20,000 nucleotides of DNA, from contig JBNGIO010006272.1 in the NCBI GenBank assembly GCA_049999805.1, positions 47,493 to 67,492 of the forward strand, written 5' to 3'. Positions 9,884-20,000 of this stretch are shown piece after piece. The position numbers and the translations under genes were made by a program. How positions within the stretch are numbered: the first letter of the stretch is position 1; every line of letters begins with the position of its first letter. The stretch is from Folioceros fuciformis. Its lineage: Eukaryota. The notes below the pieces were generated by a model. The model ran no database searches. It was not told the origin of the DNA and saw only the letters and a program-made list of their open reading frames with translations.

Positions 9884-10207
9884 ATGCTAGAACTACATGA
9901 AGAAGGACCACGGGCCTGGCAGAAAGGCTTTACTCATTGCCTTTGTACATTCAGCAGAGCTTCCTTTGTGACGTGGGGTGCTCTGATACCTGCGATGGAA
10001 GCACAAATCAAGGTCTTGCCCCAAGGCACGTGCTGCGCGTGGACAACCGGCCCGCGGGATTTTGGCTGATCGAGTTACCGCTGGTTGCCCCTTGATGGCC
10101 TGTGGAAGAAGGGCACTCACGGGTTGTCAAAAGAGGACTGTTGGATGGATGACATACGAGGTAGTATCCATAAGCACCAGCCTGGTGGACATGTATGCCA
10201 AATCTGT
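9884..10207 (+). pseudogene. degenerate PLS-PPR gene fragment
   Basis: Colinear PPR words in shifting frames: FVTWGALI (P start), GILADRVT..LMACG (L start), EEG-HSRVVKRG, and STSLVDMYAK (S). Broken by frameshifts and stops; ends abruptly where AT-rich sequence begins at ~10205. Confidence 0.65.
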
Positions 10208-10209
10208 AA

Positions 10210-12100
10210 ACTTATAAATTTGTTTTTGGTATAATTATATTACCTTGAAAAGCCATGTATCCTACTCTTTATGCACTCCAAACATATAGAATATGGTGAC
10301 TCGCCTCTTCCTCCATCTCTTCCTTTGCCTTCGAAATTAGATTATGGAGGCACTCAAGATGTTGTAGCGACCTTAAACACAAACAGTTGATCAAAGGATT
10401 TGAATCCAAGGATTTCATTATCTTTTTATTCCCCTCGTTTAAGAGCTTTATATCCATCTACTTGTATGCAAAAGTGCAAGTTGGAAACCAATTGACATTT
10501 GGAAGTCCACGCTAAGAACCAATGCTGGTACAAAAGTTTGCGCTATAAACAAAGCAGTGTGCGCATAAGGTTTTGCTTGGAGCATGCCTGTCCTCATAAG
10601 TATGCACAATGACCCCAGCTGCTATGTACATGTACGTGGCATCACCCAATTCATGTGCACTTGTGCGCAACATAAACTAACTAACACACATTTTAAGCAC
10701 ATAATGGTCAAAAACATCCTATAAAATAGAAAAAACAAACCCAAACAAATCTCATTTTCTAGGCAATGGCGCACACTTGTGTTTGCCATGGACTAAAGGT
10801 TTTATAATTCTTTTCCCCTATTTTTATTATTTAGGGTTTTTTTTTCTATACAAAGTCTAGTTTAATCGTGTTTAACCCCTTTTTGCACAGTTATGTACTG
10901 AGAATTTGAGTTCATATTAACTAGTCCTCATCTTTCTTTTGATGATCTAAACCTTGAGCAAGTAGTGAAGACTTTAAGCATATTTTACATCTTTGGATAT
11001 TCAAACCTCTTGGGCTTAACTATAAGTATCCATGATACCCATGTCCTTCTAGCGTGGCACACAAATCTAAAGCATCAAGTGATTATTGAAGAGCAAGAGT
11101 GGTATTAGGACAAATAAGTGATAGACCTCTTTACACATGAGGATTTCAAGCATGTTTTACAAGAATTCAATATATTTGTATTCCAACCAAACTTGAGAAC
11201 AACCTTGTTACTTAAAACCCTTTGAAGTCAATAACTTTAAAAATAAAATAAAAAATATTTATGTTTATGTAAGAAAAATCTTAGCTCTTCAAAATGGTCA
11301 TGTTCTATGTGGATTCTTTAGTGTAGAAAAAGCTCTAAGTCCAAAAAGAGGTTTCAACACAAACTCCATTTACAAGGGACATTGTTGATGGCATCCGCAA
11401 CTTTTATGCACCACACATTATATCTTATGAATAGTGTGGATATCAACCTTTTAAAATAACTATTTCAAACAATTGTTATCCCTTCTACTCTATTCGTTGT
11501 CGAAATTTAGGGACCCAGCCTCTTATATTCTTTCTAGGGTAAGGTAGAAAGAGTTCAGTCCCCCTTTCTCCACTTCCATATTTTCTTAAGCATTCCAAGC
11601 CCTTACCCATCTTTCTACTTTCTCCCATCTTCTTTCCTTTATCACCTCCACCTTCCTTATTTGGCGAACCTAGTCCTACCCCTTGCCATCTTCTTGCTTA
11701 TAGGTCTTTTCATTCCCTTTAGCTCAATACTAATTCCCAAGCTTCTTTTTCTTGGCTCTCCCAATTTGCTGCTTGGCTTCTCGAATTTAGCTTTAGCCTT
11801 CATAACCTTCTTGTATAGCCTACTTCTTTTTCTCTACTCCACCTACCCATCTTCCTCCTAATTATCTTGTTCTCTTGATATTGAATTTGAATTTATTTTT
11901 TCATGGTTGTAAGAGGGGTTAGATGGTACAATGAAACACATGTTGATACAATAACCTCATATGGCCACTGAGGGGTAGTGTGCGTATTCTATGGAAAGTA
12001 AGGAAGGGGAATATGAGGTGGATGAACAACTTTCTCAGCGCAGGGAGTGTAGAATAATTCCTCCTTATATGCATACAACACATTAGCTCTCATGGTGGGA
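10210..12100. other. AT-rich decayed sequence, probably transposon-derived
   Basis: Sharp drop in GC relative to 1-10200. Long reading frames broken by isolated TAG/TAA (+ ~10900-11225; - ~11560-11880, Lys/Arg/Glu-rich). No diagnostic domain recognised. Confidence 0.35.
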
Positions 12101-12366
12101 CTAGCATAGTCGATTAGAATCGGCTCCGAGTACTTCAATCCACACCCTTCCTACCATGGCTTTGATATTGTACCAACCGTGTAATGCCCAACCTCTTCCA
12201 ATATCTCATTTGCCTCAACGATTGGGACTTCAGAGCTAGCATCTCAACCACCCTAATCCCTTCCAACACTGTGAGCTTTTTTCCATATGAGGAGGTAATG
12301 GCCAAGGCCATGCGCTGAACAACTTTGTGTAACGCCTTCCTTGCCTTAGCCACTGCAATTTGATCA

Positions 12367-12475
12367 GTGGTCTATGGACTTAAGGTTAATTGGAGCAAGA
12401 CTCGTATGATGTGCCTTCACATGGAAGGGGAGCCGCCTCAATGCATTAGTCACATTAGGAGGGTTTCTCTAGGCT
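12367..12475 (+). mobile_element. possible non-LTR retrotransposon (LINE) reverse-transcriptase C-terminal fragment
   Basis: YGLKVNWSKT resembles the GLxVNxxK(S/T) motif late in LINE RT domains. The upstream (Y/F)ADD motif is not seen. Confidence 0.4.
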
Positions 12476-13327
12476 CCACTCACAATCAAGAAGGATCCTT
12501 CGAGAAACGAGTTCGCTTCCCTACGGTCGCCTTCATGTTTATGTGGTTGCCCAATCTCAAGCCTGGATCACTGACAGTTCTCCAAGTTGGAGTACAATAG
12601 GCCAATCCTACAACAAGACACACGGATCTTGATAGAGAGGAATCCCAAAATTGTGAGTTAGGCTTATGACCTGGTACTGATAAGTTATTGTTTAACACTG
12701 AGGCAGGCACATGGTTGTCCAACATTCCTTATTCAAGGAGCACTGTACTCTCCTTCAAGTTGTCTTCGACTTCGCTACGGGGAGCCTCAATTCGTGCCAC
12801 CTCTCTTGAATCCGGAGGAATCAACGTTTCCCCACTACTTGAACCACTCTCGTCCCAAGTCGTCTTGTGCTCTTGGTTGGTGTCATTTTCCGCTGTGATA
12901 GGAGCTAATGTACACTCTTCGACTATGGAGGTTTGTAGCCACCCAAGTTGACTGAGGTAAAAGACTAGTTAAAACCAACCAGCCCTCCTCCAACTTGCTT
13001 GGCATTTCTCTTAAAGCCTGATGAACAAATGCGGGATGAATCCTCAGCCTAATGGTCCACGTTTGGGTCCACAATTGCTAGTTTCATGATAACTGAATTC
13101 AGATTGGTGAGGATCTTCTCTAACGAAAGTGCCTCAGCCGCCAATGAGGTCCCTTCATGATGTTCCTCGAATCCACTAATAATTTGGTCTCCCACTACTC
13201 TTTGGTTCATCCGTCGACTCCAGCCAATGCACCCAACCTGCACCGAAGTCCAAGCAAATGCAAGAACCTTCCCCCCTACACAAGATGTCATGATACCAAA
13301 GGTGAGCTTAAGGTTGAGTAAGCAGCG

Positions 13328-14400
13328 TGAAACAATTATCTTTTAAATAAGGATTAGTTTAGGATAATGCCATTTAAATGTTGGCAATTAGAAAACGCTA
13401 AACGGGAACTGGGTAAACACCAAAAACTAGAGAACGTGGATTAGGGCATGCTTGCAACTGCCCCACTGAAACCCGTGGGCCCACATCGAGAGTGTGAGCC
13501 CAACCAAATGAACATGACTCAAAGAGGCAAGCCCGCACAGAATCACTGACGTCAGCCATGGCCGCCACGCTAAACCCTGGAGATGGAGATGGAGGCCGCT
13601 AGTCGTCGAATCGCACCAAGGGAGAGTGCCTACCGCTATCTTAGAAACTCAATTGCGTTTGTTGTTCCAGCCATATTTGGGCTCAAGAGTTGTAAGGGTT
13701 GATGTTCTTCGTATCTCGCTGCAACACCTGGTGTGATTTACCCGACTCCAAGCTGCCTGGCATAGGCAGCTCGTCAATCAAGTTCTTCCAACAAAAACAT
13801 CTAGAAACCTGCGTGTGAGCAGATTCCATGTCACTTCGACGACTAGCTGCGAGATCTGAGTGCGACTGGGCAGGAGGTGGTGACGCACCTACAGCAAGGC
13901 ACCATCATCCCCGTCTCGCAAGCCGCCACCTGCAACGCTGACTTAACAAGTTTAGGGTTACCAACCTTCCAGGGTTCATAACGCCTGCATTACAGATTGG
14001 TTGCTATTGATTCTTATACCATTCGACTTGCCTTGTCAAGGTAAGCAGTTTGGTATACTTTGTGTGCGATTTGGAGCCCTATCTAGGGACTAATTGCATT
14101 TGAAAGTTTCGAACAACAGGGTTTTGCTCTTGTTGCATTTGCTTTGATTTTCGATTTGGCATCGCGAGTGAGCGAGGCCGCGTGCTGCAATCTTCACATG
14201 TGAGCTGGAGTTTTGCTATGCTGTGTTCTTAAATCCTAGGGCAGACATAGGGAATTGTGGGTGTTGCAGCATGATCAGATCTAGATCAGTTCTGCTTTCT
14301 ATTTTGTGCTGGGAAGGCATCTAGGGTTCTGTAACAGGTGTGCTTGCATGCCACCTCTTGCTGAGAATTGGTCGTTTGTGTGTGAGTTGTTGCATGGGTT
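13328..14400 (+). mobile_element. putative 5' LTR/leader of the downstream gag element
   Basis: Composition changes at a TG (13328). Non-coding ~1 kb directly upstream of gag. A CA at 14046-14047 is followed by a short TGGTAT (14051-14056). No second LTR copy in the window to confirm. Confidence 0.3.
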
Positions 14401-16340
14401 ATGCAACCCGAGGAGCCTGAAGGCAGCCCATGTTATCATCTGCGATCGAGGAACGTCCCTGCTAGGGTTACACCGGAGCGTGGACAAGCCAGGAGGAGGA
14501 GAGCTGCACGTCAGCGACGTTTGTCTTGGGAAGACAAGGTCCAAGAGGACCATCAAGCTGGGCCAAGTGTTGTAGACCAACAGCAACCAGAAATCGAGAG
14601 TTGGTTTTCGTTTGTGGGCTGGATAGCCACAACTGCCCCCATAGTTCCTTTGGGAAGCCAAGGAGCTGGTTTTAATTGTCCTGTAGTCACAACTACGAGG
14701 TTAGGATCTCAAGGTCAGGCAGACCTCTTTGAGGATTTAGATACTGAATCCATGGAGGGAGAAGCACCTTACAAGCAGGAGAGATTCTCCGGAAGACTAG
14801 GGACATAGACTTTGCGGGATTTTAGACTGCACCTCAATGCTGTCATCAGTTGGGTAAAATTCAAGCATGCTGGAGCTTACAACCATTTGTATATGTTCGA
14901 GCAGCTTTCAAGTTATCTAACAGATGAAGCTCTAGACCTTTATGAGCTGCATCAGGCTGAGCTCACAGCCATGGTGTCCACGCCTAATCCAAGGTTCTAG
15001 GAGGCTCTTCAGCTGGCTTACAACGTCAAGCTGGCTGCAGCCATGAGCAGGCCATTGTTGCAACCACGGTGGCACCAACAGTGCCACCCCCAACGGTCGT
15101 GACTCTTACACTAGATAAAAGGATAGCAACCACTGTGGGCATACCCGATGAGCTGCAGGTTCCTAAGTATGCCAACCTCGTCGGAGAATTCATGGGCATT
15201 CTGGAGAAAGCCTTCCCATTGAAGACTCCGGAGAAAATTGCAGAGCTGGCATCTTTTGCTTGGAAGAAGGGAGAAACCGTGTAGATGGCGTTCCGTAGAC
15301 TGCAGAAGCTATGTGAGGGCACAGGGATGCTAACGGACCAGGAGGCAGCAAAGAAATTCCTAACAGCCTTGGAAGGAGACCCACTCTTTCACTTTCAGCT
15401 CATCACAGCGTTGGTGGATATAAATGGTGAAAGGTATACCTTGGAGCAAGTACATAAAGAAGCTGAACGCAGGGAGATCGCTTTCTCTGCATATGCTTCA
15501 CGACACTCCAAGGCATTTACTCATTACCAGTCTATTTTCTCCACAAAGGGGTCTACTGCAACAGGTTCATGGGCCAAGTCACAATAGGCAAAAGCCTGTC
15601 AAGGCTGGAGCAGCTGCAGCTACAGTTGCTTCTTTGTGCAACTACTATGGCAGTTTTGAGCATATGAGCCCAGCTTGCAAATGCCCACGGGAAGGCTTGT
15701 ACTGTACACATTGTCACAAGAATGGACATGTGGTCACGGTATGTTTTCAGAACCATCTAGAGAGAAGATCTCAAAAAAGTGCAAGCAGTGGGATAGGGAC
15801 TACAACAGTCGATGCTGGAGGTACAACTACCACAGAAGCTAGTATTAGTGTTGGGGTCTCACGCAGCCGACAGCAAAGGAACAAGGCCAAAGCTAAGGCT
15901 GCATCCAATGCAGAGAAGGTATCTAGATGCCCTAGAAGCCACTGTTGTTATCTTCACAGCTGTTCGCACTAACAGCCAGTGTTGTTGAACTGGTCAGAGA
16001 CAAGGAGGAGGATTACAGCTCACCACATCAGGTGTGTGTCACCAACTGAATGGAGGCTGAGATGACAACTGCTGAGTTGCCACAGACGTGGGTAGGGCAA
16101 CATCTATACCCACCTGTGTTGGAGACAGCAGCAGGGCCAGTCACTTGGCAGCGAGGAGCGAGGGCGGTCATGCCCCAATCTTTTGCACCACTGTCACCAG
16201 GAAGTGCAATCCATATCCGAGGGTAATAGCATTCCACATTGGCAGGAGGGCCACATGATAAGAATCATACACCATCTCAAGCAATGTGTGTTGCATTGAT
16301 TCATAATACAAAGTACATGCCTTCATGTAGGCAAGGTTGT
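14401..16340 (+). mobile_element. disrupted retrotransposon gag (Ty3/gypsy-like) with two CCHC zinc knuckles
   Basis: ORFs 14401-14808 and 14812-15000, and 15069-15284 and 15285-15587, are in-frame pairs separated by single TAG codons. Capsid-like words ERFSG..TLRDF, YLTDEALDLY and KKGETV*MAFRRL. Knuckles CNY(Y)GSFEHMSPAC (15637-15678, second C lost) and CTHCHKNGHVVTVC (15703-15744). No pol motif before 16340. Confidence 0.8.
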
Positions 16341-17000
16341 TGTAACCGCTAAGTGCTAAGTGGTTGTAACAATTAACCAATTAAATAACTACTAAAAGAA
16401 ACTACCTAGAGCCCTAAGGACTAAATTAATTATTAAGTCCTAGGTGCCCTAGCGAAGAGTGCCCTAATAGTAAGCTATTTTATCACTCCCACTCACTATG
16501 AACTAGGGGTGATTTTTTTTTTTGAGACTAATAACCCAACTTCAGTAATTAAGTTGGATTAAAACTAATTTGAATGTATTTAAGGGAATTTATATGTAGG
16601 AGAAATTCCAGAAAATAGCCTAATTTCCAAAATGGAAAATCAAAAGGATAATAGGTAATACCTCTCCTTCCTCCACCTCGCGACTCGCGATTCTGACAAG
16701 TTGTTGGTTGGTACATGTGCAAGTCTGATGGCGATGGTAGGGAGGATGTCCACTAGGAGCACGGCTCGCCCAATCCCGCCCACGGGAGGAGGCGCCCACG
16801 TGGGGGCAGCATCGCGTCCCTATCCAGAGCCCCGCGGCCCCTCTCCGCCTCGCGGCCACGGCGCCATAGGCCGTGCACGCCCTCCCAACGCCCAACGCCT
16901 ATGGGCGCTTTGCTGGGCACTCATACAAGGAGGATAGGAGAGCGCCCCTACCCGCTAATGCCCATAGTCGATTTCCTGCTACTGATAAAGAGAACTCGTG
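16341..17000. mobile_element. LTR-like segment of a second inserted element
   Basis: Abrupt switch at TGTAAC (16341), a common LTR start, to AT-rich non-coding sequence, followed by a very GC-rich tract (~16720-16960). No partner LTR visible. Confidence 0.4.
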
Positions 17001-17148
17001 TCCACAAAACTCGCCTTTCCTGCATCCATCATTGATCTGACGTCATCCTTAGAGAATGAGCTGAAACATGGATCTTAGTCCTGTGTAGGATCTTAAACAG
17101 ATCTTAGTCCTGTGTATGATCCTTAGTCATCATGAGTGTCAACTGGCG

Positions 17149-17242
17149 CCTCTGCTGGGATGTCAACATCAGGTTCATCTGGTTGAGTTGNNNNNNNNNN
17201 CCTCTGCTGGGATGTCAACATCAGGTTCATCTGGTTGAGTTG
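17149..17242. repeat. 42-nt exact direct duplication flanking a 10-N assembly gap
   Basis: 17149-17190 is identical to 17201-17242; Ns at 17191-17200. Confidence 0.95.
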
Positions 17243-17397
17243 TACCAGGTTGTGGAATAGATGCAAACTCCTCCTCCTTGTGCATAATAGGTTCAACTAA
17301 AGGAACACAAGAAGCAGGAATGGGAAATGCAATGAGATAATCAGTATCATCAAAATAAGAAGGGACAATGGTCTCATCGAGAGAAGGACCAATCGGA

Positions 17398-18549
17398 TTA
17401 GCTCCCACTATTAGGGAAAAGAGGTAAGACTCGTGAAAAGTAACACTCCGGGCATATAAAAGTTTGCCTTGTAGAAGGGTTGAATAATTTATACCCTTTG
17501 ATACCTTCGGTGTAGCCAATGAAAGTGTATTTAGCTGCTTTGGGATCCAATTTCTTAGGCAATGCTTTGGGAATAAAAACATATGCCGAGGATCCAAAAA
17601 TTCGAAGGTGGTCAATAGAAGGCTTCTTGCCAATGAATGCTTCATATGGAGTCATACCTTGGACTGCTGATGTAGGCAATCGATTCATGAGATAGGTTGC
17701 TGCTGATGTAGGCAATCGATTCATGAGATAGGTTGCTGTGAGGAGGGCCTCTGCCCAATAAGTCTTAGATAGCTTAGCTTGTACCAATAAGCAACCTGTG
17801 ATCTCTTGAAGGCATAGATTCTTGTTCTCGGCTACGCCATTTTGTTGAGGAGTGTAGACAACTGTAAGTTGTTGAGCTATACCTTCAGCTCCACAAAACT
17901 CCTCAAATTCAGTAGATGTAAACTCTCCACCATTGTCGGAACATAAGGTCTTGAGTTTGTTATCTGTAAGTCTCTCAGCCCATTTCATGTAGTTCTTGAA
18001 GAAGTGAAAGGCATCACTTTTGTTTTTCAGGATGTAGGAAACGACAAAACGAGAGAAATCATCTGTGAAGGTCAAAAAATATCTACTACCACTAAAGGAG
18101 GGTGTAGACAAGGGTCCACAAATGTCTGTGTGTACTATATTTAAAGGTGACTTGGCCCTTTGTGGAGATTTATTTTTGAAAGGCTCTTGATGTTGTTTAG
18201 TGAGGACACAAGATTGGCACCAAGGTAGGTGTGCAACCTTTGCAAGGCAAGGGGTTCTATATAAAGCTCCCTTAGACATTTGGATTAACTTTTGACTATT
18301 CGGATGACCAAGGCGACAATGCCAAAGCATGGTTGGGATAGGTGTCGCAGAGTTTGGAATGACAATATTAGCAAAATGGGTGGCTCCCACTTGTACTGAC
18401 AATCTATAGAGACCATCATCTAAAATGCTTGTGCAGATTGTATTGTTTTTATCACTTATGAAAGAGAGAAGACAACTATCTGCATAAAGGATCACCTGCA
18501 TAGTGTGTTCTAGACAAAGACTCGCAGCTGATACTAGATTCTTGCACAT
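17398..18549 (-). pseudogene. copia integrase region (pre-integrase HHCC + rve core + SH3-like tail)
   Basis: 383-aa open frame with the D-D-E motifs HTDICGP, SDNGGEF and NGVAE. Frameshifted at ~17430 into the 17175..17645 frame. Confidence 0.88.
17664..17738. repeat. 36-bp perfect tandem duplication inside integrase
   Basis: 17664-17699 is identical to 17700-17735; ATYLMNRLPTSA appears twice in the protein. Confidence 0.95.
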
Positions 18550-20000
18550 TGATGGAACATGGAGGACTTGATGAAGATGAAGAACCTACCCTGAATCACA
18601 TTTGAATACAACTGAACTGACACCCGCTATGGGTAGGTTGTGATCATCTCCCAGGAGGACAGACTGATGTTCTGTGGTTGGCGAGTAAGACTCATAAGAG
18701 TTTCTGTTGTAGCAAATATGTGAAGTAGCTCCACTGTCTAAGTACCATGAGGTATTGGAGGGCTTGGAAGAAGCCAAGCACACAGTGAGCACTGTTGGAG
18801 TTGAGGAAGATTGTTTCTTCGCTGCACCGTTAGCTCCAAGTGGGGCCTCCTTCCGAGGTTTCCATTCTTCTTCTTACGACAATCCTTTTCCATGTGATTT
18901 GGGATTCTGCACCATTTCATATAATCCTAGTCTTCTTGTTACCTCTTGCAAGTGTTGAAGAAGATGCCTCTCCATCTTGGAAAGTATGTGCAGGATATGG
19001 GGGTCGTTGGAAAGAAGAACCTCGACCTCTGCCTCGTCCTCTTCTCTACCCCTTTGTGAATACATCACCTACTACTTGTTGGCTTTGGAGTGATGGTGAC
19101 GTTTGCTTGCCTCCTCTTGTAGCAATGCTATAATAAGTTCGGAGACATTGATGTCTGGCTCTTCATTTGGATCTTCATCTGCAGCTTTTCTAACATTACG
19201 AATCATTGCATTTTGAATTGTAATGAAGGCCCAATAAGAAGGTGGCAATGAAGATAAGAGAATGACGTAAGCCTCCATCTCTAAGATAGGTACGCCAGGT
19301 GAAGATTCCAGATTGGATCGTGCCAATCGAAAAGCATTAACATGATGTTCGATGGTATCGGACTCCTTCATTGAGAGGTTGCGGAAGTTACATGAAGCTG
19401 CAATAATACTCATTACATCTGGAGATGAATATAGTTGAGCAAGGTGAGTCCTCATATCCTTGGAGGTATTTGTGTGTGCGACATGTCTCACCATATGTAG
19501 AGAAAGTCCACTGACCAATAAATCTTGTGCCTTCTCGTCCCTGGCGTCCCAAGAAGGTTGAAGTTCACGTTCAAATCGGGCGTGTGGCCTTGAAATTGAT
19601 CCATCGACGATGCCCCAAAGGTCTCTTTGTTGCAAAGCTCCTCACATTCTCAATGCCCAGATGTCATAATCCTTCCCATTGAATCTGTCTTCCTCTTTGT
19701 AGCTGTCACTATAATGGTAATGCAATGCAGTATTAGCATTATCATTACCCAATTGAGAATTAGGAGCAGCTTGTTCTTCATCATGAATCACTCCAGCCTA
19801 CAATGGTGATTTAGAGGACTAGGCCTTGCTGGTACAGCCTCTGATCTTCTCTATTGCACGCACGAAACTCTTCTCTTGCATCATAATATGATATCAGTTT
19901 GGGATATGTTAGAGAGCTAATTCTAATGCCTTGACGTGAATTGGGCTAAAAATTTCTAGCAAATCATGTCTAGCTAGCTTAATAAACTTCCCTTGATTTG

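Larger units (their letters stand above)
17000..19890 (-). mobile_element. Ty1/copia LTR retrotransposon internal region (gag-PR-IN), decayed and lacking RT/RNaseH
   Basis: Order on - strand: gag N-terminus RFNGKDYDIWALRM*GALQQRDLWGIVDG, gag core (19072-19635), knuckle remnant WCRIPNHMEKDC, protease WYLDSGATSH (~18720-18750), pre-integrase LWHCRLGH..CQSC, integrase HTDICGP / DNGGEF / PQQNGVAE, and C-terminal KLDPKA..FIGY..KGYKL. Multiple stops and frameshifts. Confidence 0.93.

Noticed and set aside
13751..13771. 8-bp hairpin agctgcct-N5-aggcagct
   Set aside because: Short enough to occur by chance in 20 kb; no supporting context.
10830..13960. Single TTTAGGG/AAACCCT telomere-like words (about 10830, 13572, 13950)
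   Set aside because: Isolated single copies, not an interstitial telomeric array.
19880..20000. Copia PBS and 5' LTR
   Set aside because: No canonical TGGTATCAGAGC or half-tRNA PBS on the - strand, and no matching second LTR in the window.

Overview
Eukaryotic land-plant nuclear DNA. The compact genes with ~70-170 nt GT-AG introns and a PPR gene with LL-type motifs suggest a seed-free plant such as a hornwort or fern; this is inference. Bases 1-9200 are gene-dense: the 3' end of an unidentified spliced + strand gene (1-791), a tentative unidentified multi-exon - strand gene (~850-2000), a complete 7-exon nuclear NdhO gene (-, 2388-3553), a - strand ORF with a DUF688-like 'FxWEExPGK' motif and a 10-aa tandem repeat (4207-5100), and an intronless 975-aa PLS-class PPR gene of the E+ type with four LL motifs (-, 6248-9175). 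From ~9900 the window is a decayed, nested repeat block: a PPR pseudogene fragment, AT-rich decayed sequence, a possible LINE RT fragment, a disrupted gag with two zinc knuckles (+, ~14400-16340), an LTR-like segment starting at ~16341, and a Ty1/copia element (-, ~17000-19890) with gag, protease and integrase but no RT. The 10-N gap is flanked by a 42-nt exact duplication. I could not establish a new biological system. The best leads are the PPR architecture with its predicted target and the two unidentified spliced genes.
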